Shown in pieces: positions 1 through 11,961 of a stretch of 31,954 nt of DNA (positions are counted from its first letter, which is position 1; each line of letters opens with the position of its first letter). The position numbers and the translations under genes are program-made. Source of the DNA: Bugula neritina (lineage: Eukaryota; Animalia; Bryozoa); NCBI GenBank assembly GCA_964035545.1, contig CAXIUT010000223.1, positions 21,449 to 53,402 of the forward strand, read 5' to 3'. The notes below the pieces were generated by a model, which was not told where the DNA came from, made no database searches, and saw only the letters and a list, made by a program, of their open reading frames with translations.

Positions 1-92
1 CCCAACCCCAACCCCAACCCCAACCCCAACCCAACCCCAACCCCAACCCCACCCCAACCCCAACCCCAACCCCAACCCCCAACCCCAACCCC
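1..92 (+). repeat. Left telomere, (CCCCAA)n
   Basis: About 15 C4A2 units with a few imperfect ones. Begins 5'-CCCAA and is followed by ATTATG. C4A2 is the Tetrahymena-type ciliate telomere repeat. Confidence 0.98.
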
Positions 93-197
93 ATTATGTT
101 AATTTAAAATACAACTATAAATATCATCCAATATATCATCTCCTTTGAACATTTATTTCACTTTTCTTTCTTCTATCGCTAATCCTAACTCCTTAAA

Positions 198-917
198 TCA
201 TCTTCCAATATCATATTAAACTAAGAACTCCTAATCCCATTCCGATAGTCCATGCTTAGGTTTCTCTTCATTCTACAAATAACTTGATGAATTCAAATCT
301 GCAGACAAGTCGAGAACTGAAACAGGACTCATCTACATAGATTTCTCAAGTCTAATCGTATTTCTACGTTTTATTCTTTATTATAGTCTCCTATTTGATT
401 CATCTATCGCACCTTAAAGTGTATCACGCATTCTCTATTCTTTTTAATCTTGAATTTTTATTACTTTTGAACTACTGCCCTGTGATTCTGTCTTTCAGCT
501 TCTTTCTAGATATTCATCTCAAGGTTTTTTCGTCTGCCTTCTAGTGCAGGGTCTTTGCCTTCATTCTGGTTGTTGAAGCATCGAATAATATAAGGTTATG
601 ACATTAGTTTTATGCATTTTAAAGGTGAAATACTGTTCTCTTGGGTCTTGTAGACCATTCAGTTTTTCAATGATACGCTAGGTTAGTGAGAGGTTGTACC
701 ATGTATAAAGAAGTGAGTCTGGTTATTTTATCCATAGTGACATCCATTTCGCTGTAGATGAGACTTTATGCATCAAGAATTTCCCAGCCAAGAGAGATAT
801 TATCTCTAACTATTTATTCTCTGGGTAGATAAACAACTACAGAGTGCTTCTTTTGCCTCCTTCCTGTTTTTTCTTGCTGGTTACCATCGTAGATCGACTT
901 CTATTTTTATCTGTCAT
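198..917 (-). CDS. Hypothetical coiled-coil protein (ciliate-type)
   Basis: ATG at 917 (MTDKNRSRS...). Introns at 821-840 (20 nt) and 679-700 (22 nt). Reads ...LTSLYMRIIEKLNGLQDPREQYFTFKMHK... and ...DESNRRLEERIKRR with TAR=E. Two compensating indels are needed (near 610 and near 480), and the 3' end is uncertain. Confidence 0.55.
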
Positions 918-1065
918 TAATAATAGATATTATAATCAATCAAAATTCCTCCCCTCAAAGACTAAATCTCTTTAAATGTTCATTTAAATGTTAGTTACTT
1001 TCTAATTATTTATTTTTCTACTTAAAAAACCGTAAACATGTGAATAAATTCTATTTGTAAGACGA

Positions 1066-1859
1066 ATGAAATAATTTGATATTTAAAAACAGTTTATGCA
1101 ATGGGCACAGTGTTGCATAAAACAAAACAAATACCTTGATTCTAACATCGACTTCTCTAATCCACCAAAAAGTCAACCAAGAACTCTAATTAGTGACAAT
1201 ACCAACCTATCACCTCAATAACTAAGAACCAAAATGAAAGATCTATAACTAGAACATCACAAAATAAAAGAATAACTAAAACAGTAAAAAGAACATTATG
1301 ATGATCTCTTTAAAGATACGAATAGATGCATAGAAAAACAACCTTATTGAAAATTAGTATTTCAATCAAAAACGATTTAACATCATCTATAACTAAAATA
1401 AACAAAAAAAAGATATTAAGAACTCATTAACAATTATTTAGATAGATTCAATATAACATAAATCAGTAACCTATAAATATAAAATCAAAAAATTTGATAT
1501 AAGTTTTGAATAAAGATCTAAAAGGAATATCAAATGCAATTTAGTAAGATAAAATAAAAAGGAGAAGTCCTAGACAATCGAATAGGTTATCAAATAGTCC
1601 AAAAACAACCAAAATACAACAAAATTTGATAAATAAAAATTTAGATCGGGCATCCTTAGCAACTGGTTTAATCGATACAGTAGCCTCATATCAATGAGAA
1701 GTAACTCATTGTGGTAGATTAGTATTATGGGAGCTATAGCAATTTTAGGAGTATTAGGAGATGGTGCAGCAGAGAAGAAATTATTAGCTTTTGAAGAATA
1801 GTTATAATTTTAAGGGATAGAAGAGAAAAAAAATATTTAATAATAATAAAAAGTAATGA
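1066..1859 (+). CDS. Hypothetical protein; boundaries and frame uncertain
   Basis: A-rich frame open with TAR=E through about 1345 (...KMKDLELEHHKIKEELKQEKEHYDDLF...). An apparent indel follows in an A-run. One candidate end is ...EKKNIEEEEKE-TGA at 1857-1859. Confidence 0.35.
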
Positions 1860-2242
1860 AGAATAACATCTTTACAGTTTTAATGATATTTTAATAGTTA
1901 TATTTAAAATTTAGTGTTAATTTATTCGGAAGGAACTTGGTTTAATTTTCGATAAGTTAAAAGATAAAGTTTATGAATAACATCTTATTATATAACTGTT
2001 CAAGCCTAAATAAGTTAAATCAAGTGATAGTTATCGTCATATTAGTTCAAATAATTTTAAGTCTATTTTTTTCCATCTGTTCTTTTCCGACCACAAACAT
2101 TAATTAGACCATACTTCCAATCATCTCTCCAACAATCACTTAATATATCTTTTGGACACCTAATAATGTTTCTCAAAAATGTTACATTAACGCTTTTTGT
2201 TTATCTATTCTTTATAATCATTTAAAAAACAAACAAAAAAAC

Positions 2243-3809
2243 ATGGGATAATGCGTATCAGCCAATGCCAGACAACCTTCTCCTCATAGAAATTTCAACA
2301 TGCCAAACATCAATTCTATTCCTCCACCTATCAACCCCTATGTTGAACCCATCAAAACTCCATCATTCGCCTAAAACGAACCAGCTAGACAAAGAAATAC
2401 TACCTATAGTCCATCCGAAATTACCAACTCAACTTGTGCCTCCAACTTCCAACACAAAACTAGGATCTCAAATCACACCAGTTCTTAATGAATTTATTGA
2501 ATCAAAGTACTTATTATTTTATTTAGAAACCCAAAGACTTCAACTCATGGACTTAATTCTAATCAATTCAAGAGCAAAAATACAACATTCCCTAAGAGAT
2601 AGCTAAATAATCCAACTAATACATCAAGGACGCAGCTTCCAAGAGAAATATAGCTGGTTTAGACTCAACCTAGAAAAATTAAGAATCCATTGGTCGTAAG
2701 GAAAATCAGACTATCTGCGTTGTTGACAGAAGAAACTTACTTATGTCAAGTTTGGTTTAATTCGATTCGATTAATTTTCATAAATAAGTCAAGATCGAAT
2801 TCAAAGACTAGAAATAAACAAGTGATGCAGGAGGACTGCTTAGATAGTGGATGACTCTATGCATTAACTAGATATTTGATCCAGATCTTGCTATATTATC
2901 TCTATGTGAGACCAATTCCACCTACTACAAGTTCAACTTCAACTAGATGGTGAAAGATCTCTTCACAGCTGCTGCTAGAGTTCTTGGAACAATAATCGGT
3001 AAGGCAATATTTGAAAGAATTCCCTTAAAATGTTTTCTCAATCATACAATTCTTAGACAAATATGCTAAGCAACCAATCCAAACTCAACGATATCTTTTC
3101 ATACGATGCAGATGTATCTTATAAATTTATTTAGTTTCATCGAGTTTTGGACTTATATGATCGCCAACAACATCATGACATCTTTATAACAAAATTTTTG
3201 TGCCTATGAATTTGATTAGTATGGTTCGCAGGTGGCTGTTCCACTAAAATAAAACGGGTAGAACATTATGGTCAATTCTAGCAATAAATAAGAATACGGT
3301 GTCTCTGCTTATGAAACATTATTGTTCAAATGCAGTTTGAATAGATGATTTTCAATATGAGGATAGGAGTCTATCAGGTCATTCCACCAGAATTGCTATC
3401 AATTTTTTAACCACATTAATTAGATATGATCATCAATGGTAAACAATCAATTGACGTGTCTGATCTTAAAAAGAATATCAAGTATACGGACTACCATCAT
3501 AATTAACTTGTTGTTTAGTGGTTTTGGGAGTATGTTGATACATTGAGTGAATATTAACTTTAACATATGCTGCATTTTGTTACTGGAAATAGTAGAGTGC
3601 CTATCCTTGGATTCAAGTATCTAGAAAGTAATAGAGGTGATTATCAATTGTTTTAGATAAAGAAAGTTCCTTATGATCCAGAAAATCCTTACCCTAAAAG
3701 TCATACTTGTTTCAATCGATTAGAATTGCCTCTATATCCCAATAAAAGAGTATTTAGAAAAAATATAGCTTACATTGCAGTTTCAAATCCATATTTTGGA
3801 CTTGAATGA
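2243..3809 (+). CDS. HECT-domain E3 ubiquitin ligase
   Basis: Starts MG[TAA]CVS. 20-nt intron at 2507-2526 and another intron near 3114-3134. HECT motifs include ELLSIF*PH*LDMIING, VV*WFWE, LHFVTGNSRVPILGF, the catalytic PKSHTCFNRLELP and a terminal YFGLE-TGA. Probable indels lie at about 3060-3310. Confidence 0.92.
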
Positions 3810-4007
3810 TACTACTTTGATATTTATATTTTTCATATCACTACTCCTATCTATCTATTTAAGAATAATAATATATTATACTATTCTTAAATCATTAGTG
3901 CGATTGCTATTTGATTCCTTTTTTCGATAGTTTACTATCTTTTTCTTGATAACTATTTACTGTTAATATTAATCCCAAAGGCAATCTGATAATTTTATTT
4001 TTCAAAA

Positions 4008-4688
4008 ATGAATTACCCTTCAGGTTCAGCTCTCTAAAACCACTACTTAGATTCGATAGTTCCTCATCCGAACTACCCGAGGGTAAAGCAATTTCCAAAG
4101 ACAAAAGATTTTTACCGTCCAGGAGAATGTATCTGGAACAATCCGCATCGAACATCTCAAAGAATTTATAAATATTATCATCTGCAAAACCAATATTATC
4201 GACAATATAAATAACCTCTTATTCTTTAACAGTAGCAATTAGATAGATAAAATTCATAGCAGCAAAGAATACATAAAATCATTGCTTTTAGAAATAAAAC
4301 TAGATAAAATTTCCAAGAACAACAAAACAGAAGAATCACACTCTAAGCAAAAACTTATCGCCAAAAAGATTAAACCCATAGTTATACGAATTCCCAAACA
4401 GAACGATTTTTACCTTTAGAATCAAAGCAGTATGGAAGTAGCAATCAATCGAAGATGTCAGTTATGTAAAAAAATAGAAATCAAAAACAGCAATCATAGC
4501 GACTAATAAACATCTAGAAAACATATCATAAAAGTATATAGAAATATGATAATCATAAGAAATAGATCCATCAAATCATTGATAAACAAAATCAAAGTTA
4601 GCATACTAAAATTCATAATTCTTTTCTTGCACAAAAATCTCATAATGACACCACTAATAGTCAATTCTACAAATATAAACTTAAATGA
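4008..4688 (+). CDS. Hypothetical protein, 226 aa, Q/E/K/N-rich
   Basis: Uninterrupted 681-nt ATG..TGA frame when TAR is read as sense (MNYPSGSAL*NHYLDSIVPHPNYPRVK...FYKYKLK). Confidence 0.7.
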
Positions 4689-4732
4689 TTATTATCATCT
4701 TTTTTTCATTGTTTATTATTTTAATACTAAAA

Positions 4733-5821
4733 ATGAATCTCTCGAACACCTCCAACTCCCTCAGAACCATCAGTACCTGCACACACTCACACAAAGGAAA
4801 TAGCTGTGTGCTGTGTGGATGCTTCCTTGCCTCAGCATCTGTCCTCAAAACTAGTAAATATGCCACGCCTTTCCACTTCAGCCATCGACCTTACCTCAAA
4901 AATCTTAGATTGTCATCTGCTTCAACTACTTAAGCAAAAGAACTTTCAGAGGATAGTCAAATCCTGATGGCCTCTATTTGCTAAAAATTTACATTTACAG
5001 ATTAGACCTTAGCTCTTGGACTCCACATCTACCAACTCTTAAGAAAACTAAACTCAAATTAAAAGTTTTGGGCAAGTACGTGTTTGATGGTGGCTGGAAA
5101 AGCAGGAGAACTAGATAAGAATGTTCCATATTTGAACAGATATCAAAGATATGCTGACAAATCATTCTCTCAGCAAGATTATGAACAAGCATAAAGGACA
5201 ATATTCTAAGAAATGAACTTCTAACTTCAATATTCTACCTTTATGACCTTCTTAGACTACTACCTCACTGCAGGAGTTCTCTTCAGTACAGATAGTATCA
5301 GCTAGACTCTAGTTGAGTTCTTTGAAGATGATGTTATGATGAGAGCGAAATAATATCTGAAGAAAGGTAATTTTTCAAAACATAAACCAGAATAACTGGC
5401 TCTCAGTATTATCAAATAGACTAGAATCAAATATAATTTATAACCATGGAATGAATATCTTCATTTATTAACTGGATTCAAGGAAGACGATGTTATTATC
5501 AACAATTGCGAAGTAACTTTGAAAGAAATATCTGATAATGTAGCAGAAAAAGTCGTTAAACAAATAGATTATAAAGATATGAAAGATTTCAAGTAAATAA
5601 AAGGAGTATTTCCTCGAAAGAAATATGAAAACTTGATAAAAGTAGATAAACCAACTCTTTAGAAGTACAGTTCTATATCAAAAGGAAATAACCACAAATA
5701 AAATTTCTTTTCAAGTTCAAAAATGCTACTCAATAATCAAAACAGTCGTAAAACTAACCAATCTTCTACTATGTCATAAAACTTTGCAAGTGTTCATACT
5801 GACCTACTCAAACGTAGATGA
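4733..5821 (+). CDS. Cyclin-box protein, 362 aa
   Basis: Continuous 1089-nt frame. Cyclin-N features: KFTFTD*TLALGLHIY, STCLMVAGK and YEQA*RTIF*EMNF*LQYSTFMTFLDYY. The N-terminus has a Cys/His cluster (CTHSHKGNSCVLC). Confidence 0.82.
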
Positions 5822-5887
5822 TTTTATTCTTTATATTTCATACTCTTTATATAAAATATATTCTAAGACAAGTACAAAGATAATGAT

Positions 5888-6723
5888 TCACATCTTTTCT
5901 GCTTTCTTCTTACGATTTAATGCTTATAATTCCTTGTCTCTTTGAGCTTGCTTCCTTGATTCATCAATAAAATAGCGAATCGCATCGCTTCTTAAGACCT
6001 CCTTTGAGTTAAATATCTAGTTGAAGTATCTCTATAGCTCTTCTCTTCTCTTTTAGATGTTTTCTGGGTTATCATTTGTTATTCCAAAGATCTTTTTCTT
6101 GGGAAATGGAGGTCTGAATATTAATATTTTTACAGATTTTTTATTTTGCTGTCTTAAAGAGCTTAGTGAACATTTCTAAGTTCACTGTACCTGGTTTTAA
6201 AGGTCCACTCTTCATGAGAATTGAGATCTCTAAGTCGGACATAGTAAATCACCACGTCTTCTACCAAAGTATACCTTCATTTTGACTTCTATACCTATCA
6301 ATGCAGATCTGAATATTAATCTCAGGTGATTCCTTGAGATGTTAGTTATCTCCTTAAATGGGAATATAGTATTTCTTCATCAAATCAAGACAGTGCAATT
6401 TTTAAATGGACAGCAGATCGATCAGATACTAAACCTAATATATAAATTACATTGTTGATTTATTTTTTTCTTTAGAAAATAGATTATTCTGATTTGTTTG
6501 TAGATCCAAAGAACTTTCTTCCAGGAAATTCAGGTAGAATAATATGTAACTTTAGCTTATCTACCAATTTCATCAACTATTCATGAAGAGCTCTGAACTA
6601 ACTATACCGTAATTTGGTTATTTTGTTGCGAGATGTCTGTTAGTCAGTTACCTATAAAATATAGACGATTTTGCCATTACTCTCAGTCTAGTGGTTTATT
6701 ATTTTTGGCTTCAAGTGGATCAT
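5888..6723 (-). CDS. Tandem PX (phox homology) domain protein
   Basis: PX1: KLRYS*FRALHE*L...LPEFPGRKFFGSTN...IF*RKK*IN. PX2: ...PPFPKKKIFGITNDNPENI*KRREEL*RYFN...SDAIRYFI. Contains short introns. Stop TGA at 5888-5890. Confidence 0.8.
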
Positions 6724-6911
6724 TATCACCTACAATAATATTATTAAATATTCTTCAACTTTTTCAACTTTGAATATCAGAATTGATCACCACTTATTAT
6801 CTATTTGGTATTTTTAAGATCATCAATTTTTTCATAAAAACTATCTTTAAATATTTTAACTCGACGATTAATATGTTATCAATTAGATCTTATTTTCTCA
6901 ACTCGATTTGA

Positions 6912-7999
6912 ATGCTAGACAAAGCCCTAACCTCTATCAACAACGAATCCTTCTACTTTCAACTCTACCCTCTCAGTTTGAGTATGGTCAACAGCTAGGC
7001 ATAACTTCCAGCTCCAGGCACCACCTACCGTTTCAACATAATGAAAGGTACTTTATCTTTGAAATAGGCCAACAAAAGTTTGATGAGACAAAGTTACCAA
7101 TAGAAACTAACTTCAAAAAGTTAGATGGAGTCAATGTGATGCTTATGCCAAAATGTCCTCTAAACTTTTATATTCCCAACTTCATCAAAAATAGAAGCAT
7201 TGATTTCACTCTTAACATGTATCAAATGGAGAAAGGAGTAGAATACTTCATCGCTGAATATAACATATCAGTTGAACCCTATGTGATGGATTATAAGAAT
7301 TCCAGAAACGTTAGAATCTAATTAAAAACTAATTTTTCTGATGACTATGTCCTTTAGTTCTAAATCTATATTGAAAAATCAAGAATTGCACTTGAAAAAG
7401 TTGTTAAAGACTATAAGCCAGAAAGAACACTCAAGTCTCCATTCAGAGAAAGAAAAGAAGGATAGGAAACACCAAGAAAACCTTCACCAAAAAGAGCTCT
7501 AACTAAAAAATCAGAAGATTAACCTAATCAATCAGGAAAAGAGGAAAGAGAATCAGCTACTTAATTAAGTTCTTATGAAAAAAAAGTTTAATCAAAAAAA
7601 TCATCAATAATTAAAGGTCCTAAATCGACTGATAGAACTTAAAATTAAGCTGAATTAGAAGAACGTTCGGAAAAAAAATAGTCAAGCATCCGAAATGAAT
7701 CTTTCAACAAAAAGAAATTCTAGACTGAGAGGAGCAACAAAGCGCCTTCTGAAATTTCTTCAAAAAAAGAAGCACCAGCTTTAGCAGTCAAATACAAGCC
7801 AGTAAAAGTTGAAAAGGCTTAAAATCGTATGAGTTCAAGTCAAAGACTTCCTCAATCAGGATCAGTAATTGAGTAGTCAGTAAAAGAAGCACCCCCAAGC
7901 GAAGGTCAAAGCAACAAATAAAAGGCAGCCATGGCTCTATTCCTAATAATTTCGATGATAATGATGTACTTTTCGATGCATCCAAACAAAAAAGTGTGA
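6912..7999 (+). CDS. Tail-anchored protein with a beta-rich (possibly C2-like) N-domain and a low-complexity linker
   Basis: ATG 6912 and a 20-nt intron at 7048-7067. The frame is open to TGA 7997-7999 and ends with hydrophobic AAMALFLIISMIMMYFSM followed by HPNKKV. The C2 assignment is a guess from the sequence pattern. Confidence 0.7.
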
Positions 8000-8061
8000 A
8001 TGATAGCCTCTCAATATCAATATATTCATAGTAAAAGATGATGTTTAAATAGGACAGATAA

Positions 8062-8539
8062 TCAGAATCTTAATCTGGTAAAGAAGAATTTAGTGTGTCC
8101 AGCTTTCTCATTTGACTTGGGATTAGGAAGGTTTCTGTAAGATTCAGTGAACATATCTCTTACTTTCTTTCTCAAAGCTTCACGAGCTTCCTTGGTCTTT
8201 AAGTTATCTTCAGTAGTATCTTTTAAGTCAAAATCATTGACAAGGAATCTAGTAGGCATCACATGATTTTGATTAACGTACTTAACAAAAGATTTAACTC
8301 CAGTCTTTTTGATGAATTTCTTTTTGCTGTCACCTCTTTTGACTTGAACCATATTGCGAGCAATTCCTGCCAAAAGGAGATGAGGGAATCTGTGTCTCTA
8401 AATAGGAAAGTAAGTACCTTGTTTCCAGTTTCGTAGGCTTTGATAACGACTGCCTTTTTGCCTGCATTTCTTCCTTGAGTGATCACAACAACTCTTCCTG
8501 TTTTGAAACTAGATAGGATTGTATGTACATTCTACCCAT
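8062..8539 (-). CDS. RPL27: 60S ribosomal protein L27 (eL27)
   Basis: MGRIFKTGRVVVITQGRNAGKKAVV...KSFVKYVNQNHVMPTRF...KFFFTRLRF. Two 20-nt introns (8509-8528, 8398-8417). Confidence 0.97.
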
Positions 8540-8589
8540 GGTGAAAAATTAATATTTATTAAATTAATTGATATTTTAATTATTTTAAC
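8540..8589. promoter_or_regulatory. 50-bp AT-rich spacer between the divergent RPL27 and RPL35 start codons (putative bidirectional promoter)
   Basis: Head-to-head ATGs at 8539 (-) and 8590 (+). Promoter function is inferred from position only. Confidence 0.55.
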
Positions 8590-8967
8590 ATGGTGGAAAA
8601 GAAAGTTAACCAAAAAATCAGAGAGAACAACTCAGTTGGTATCCGAGCCTCAATTGACAAACTCAAAGAAGAACTTAGAACTCTTCGCAACGCTAAAGCC
8701 TCTTCAGGAAGCGCTAGCAAACTTGCTAAAATCAAAGGAGTCCGCAAGAACATCGCTAGAAACCTCACCGCTCTCAACAGAAAAGAACGTGACAGAACTG
8801 CAGGCAATCTTCACGCTGGATCAAAGAAGAGACCTCTTTACTTGAGAAGCAAACTCACCAGAGCTATTCGTAGAGAATTGACTAAGTATCAAAAGAGCAA
8901 GAAAATTATCAAGCTCAAGAAAAGATAAGTCAATTTCCCCGTACGCAAATATGGACTTAAAGCCTGA
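8590..8967 (+). CDS. RPL35: 60S ribosomal protein L35 (uL29)
   Basis: LKEELRTLRNAK...KLAKIKGVRKNIARNLT...PLYLRSKLTRAIRRELT. Reads through TAA 8926-8928 to the conserved tail VNFPVRKYGLKA-TGA. Confidence 0.97.
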
Positions 8968-9140
8968 TTTGAAAGCCTATTTAAATCTTATTCTTTGATA
9001 TCAGTCATAAAAATATCCATTTTAAATATCTATCAGAACAAACAAATCTCCATATCAGCATTTGATTTCGACAATTTGTTTCTTATTTCTACTTTTGCAA
9101 CTACATTCTTGATTTGATTAAATATAATATATCATAAGAA

Positions 9141-9308
9141 ATGCCAACCAGAAAGAGTGCCAGCCCAGCTGGTTTCAAAGAAAGTGAAGCCACAAGCACT
9201 AAAGCCCGTTTCTTCTATCTTGGAGCATACCAAATAGCCAAAAGAAAAGACTCTCTAAGTGCTTCTAAACCAAGAGCATCTATTGATAAGAAACCAGTTC
9301 GCAGATGA
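9141..9308 (+). CDS. 55-aa basic Ser/Ala/Lys/Arg-rich microprotein
   Basis: MPTRKSASPAGFKESEATSTKARFFYLGAYQIAKRKDSLSASKPRASIDKKPVRR-TGA. GC content is clearly above the flanks, there are no TAR codons, and the ATG is preceded by an AT-rich leader. Confidence 0.75.
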   Translation: MPTRKSASPAGFKESEATSTKARFFYLGAYQIAKRKDSLSASKPRASIDKKPVRR

Positions 9309-9378
9309 TCTATCAAACTCAATCATCTCTATCGTATTTAAATCATCATAGATAAATTCTTAACAGTACTCATAGAAA

Positions 9379-10583
9379 TCATTATTCAATTTCCTGAGAA
9401 ATAGACATTTAAAATAGCATAGCTCCTCTATCTTTCATTCTCAGATTTTCGTTTCTGACCTTTATATACCGTTATTTCCAAAGAAATATCTCTTTTGCCA
9501 TCTGTTTACGATGAATTTCACCCTCATCAGCTAGTCTCTTTTAAAGTACATGGTTACGAAACTCCAACTTCTTATTGATATTTATGGCAATAAAAAGCTG
9601 ACTTTAATAACCATCCAAAATCTATTTTAAATTGGTTTATCCTTTATTAACATCCTAGTTTCCCAAATTTTCAAACTTTTCATTATTAACCTGAACCATT
9701 TTAGCTTGCATATTTTCCAGAATATTCAAGTTAGATAGATTTTGTTATTCTAAACACTAGTTTTTTTCCTTTAAAACTACTATTTGTTCTAAATATCATA
9801 GTAAATACTTTTGAGTTCTTATGTTTCTCGTTTGATGGTTCCATTTTATCTTCTAAAATTAGCTAACTCTTTCTTAAATGTCATATTATGTTTTTTAAGA
9901 AGATCAATTTCTTTAATATCAGTACTTTAAAAAGGCCCCAACTGCTAATCCACTTCTCTCGAACAAAGTTGATTCTTTTCTTGAATTTGTGATATATTAA
10001 TCATCTTTTATATTATTGAATATTCCTGATGATGATATTTTTTACCTTTAGGACTCAAAAAATTGTTATTCATTGAGGTCAAACATATTGTATTTGAAAA
10101 GTTATTCTATAATTCATTAGCTTGCATCTTCAATATCTTATTTTTTTACTTCCTTGAGTCTCTCAATCTCGGTTTAGAATCATTTTTATAGAGTTATCTT
10201 ACTTCTTTTTATTTCTCAACTTTACTGCCTTGAAGAAGTCGACTTGGTTTGACATCCTAAGACTCTAAAGATTTTAAATCATTGATAATAATTGGATTTA
10301 TTTGCGATTTATTGGTATTGTTTTTTGTTTAATCTTTATCCATATACTCACCATCTTGTTTATTTTTTTTGTTAGTTTCTTTGTGTAGGTTTTTTTCTCT
10401 GATAGCCATTGAATAAAGTTTTTTTTTCTCAATTAAACTCATGCCTCCCTCTTGACAACTATTGTATTTTCCAACAGTAGAGCTAGAAAAGGTTCTTTAA
10501 GTTTTGGGTCGTGCTTTCTCTTTCTTTTTGAATTCTAAAGTAGTCAGGGAAAGGTCATTTTCCTTATCACTTCCTTCCCTCAT
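9379..10583 (-). CDS. Hypothetical basic/coiled-coil protein
   Basis: ATG 10583 (MREGSDKENDLSL...). C-terminus ...KEIFLWK*RYIKVRNENLRMKD...QEIE*-TGA. The length needs one short intron or an indel; the middle was not fully traced. Confidence 0.55.
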
Positions 10584-10690
10584 AACTAACTATTGATAAT
10601 TAATTAACAGCTATCATATGAAATCATATCAAAATTAAATCAATAAGTTAAAATAATATCTAATCAATAAAATAACAACAAGATGGATAA

Positions 10691-11906
10691 TCAATACATT
10701 AACTTTGACTTCCTACCTGAACCTTAATAAACATTATTTCTAGTCATCATTACTCCAGCTTCTTCGATTTTAGCTCTTGCTTTCATGACTCTTGCCTTTC
10801 TATCGATCAGATGTCTCACCATGTCATCTTACTAAGAATACTTCTACAAATTCATAACCAACTAAATAGATAATAAATTACATCTGAGTTAAGTAAAGAA
10901 AGGTTTTAGAGATGTTTTCTACAAAATTCAATATCGTCTCTCAGATTAGTATTCATTTCATTTAACTTGTTGTTTTCAGCATTAAGACCAGCTACTTCTC
11001 TATTTCCTTCATCAACTTGATTGACTCTTAATCTATGAGTATTTTCTGCCTGATGAAGAACCTTTGTTAAGTCATTATTTCTCATTACTTCAGCTTGTGT
11101 TCCTTTGTTATAGTGAATAGCTTCAGATTTATATTTCTAAGCTAGACCTCCGACTTCTGCAATATCTTTTTGAAGATTCATAACTTCATTTTGAGAGCTG
11201 CTTATTTGAGCTTCAAGATTGCCAATATCATCAATAGTTGCATTGATATCTCCATCAAGTCCATTATTTTCATTTTAATAAGCGATGATCTTTTATTTTA
11301 GAAGAGCTTCTTCTCCCTTGAGTTGTCTTTCATATTTATCAAGATCATCCAATTTTCTTCTAACATTATCATTATTTAACTAAAGTTCTTTAAGATTTCC
11401 ACAAAGTAGCTAGTTATCTTTTCTAATTCCATTTCCTGTTTGTTCTAATCTAAGTCTTTCATTGAGTAGTTCCTAATTATCAGCTAATAGACTATTCAAC
11501 TAATTTTTGAGTTTATCAATCTAGATGGCTCTTTGATCGAGTTGTCCAATAAGAGTATTCTAATCACTCTCCAAATCATTGATTTCCAGATTCTTTTATC
11601 TCAAATCAGCTCTATAAGCATCAATCTAATTTTTCAACTGAGAGAGAGTTCTCAGCGCCAAATCATGTTTATCTTTGAAATCAGCATCTGCATGCATCTA
11701 AATATCATTTAATTTACTTTTTATTAAGAAAGAAGTCTGAATCTATGTTCCAGGGCACGATATTGATCATCCAATTTAATTAGTTCTTCCTCATTTCTCT
11801 TCAAAACATAGATCTAGTCTTGTAGATGACTGATTATGATGTCTTTTTGGTCGGCTTATACTCGAATAGGAGAGTAGAAGTATGCTGCACGTTTGGAGTT
11901 ACTCAT
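10691..11906 (-). CDS. Long coiled-coil protein (ciliate-type)
   Basis: MSNSKRAAYFYSPIRV*ADQKDIIISHLQD*IYVLKRNEEEL...ALEHRFRLLS**K. 20-nt intron at 11698-11717. Heptad-rich, ending ...DDMVRHLIDRKARV...KLMY-TGA. Confidence 0.75.
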
Positions 11907-11961
11907 TTAATATTAAAATTGATAATTATATCTTAGAGAATTATTTATAAAATTTATTCTA

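Noticed and set aside
3892-4709. Minus-strand membrane protein with TGA read as Trp, including track ORFs 3907-4155 and 4047-4238
   Set aside because: It is the antisense shadow of the uninterrupted plus-strand ORF at 4008-4688. I found no conserved gene needing an in-frame TGA.
9006-9107. 33-codon minus-strand ORF or C/D snoRNA between RPL35 and the microprotein
   Set aside because: ORFs this short are expected by chance with a single stop codon. CUGA boxes are present but no convincing C box.
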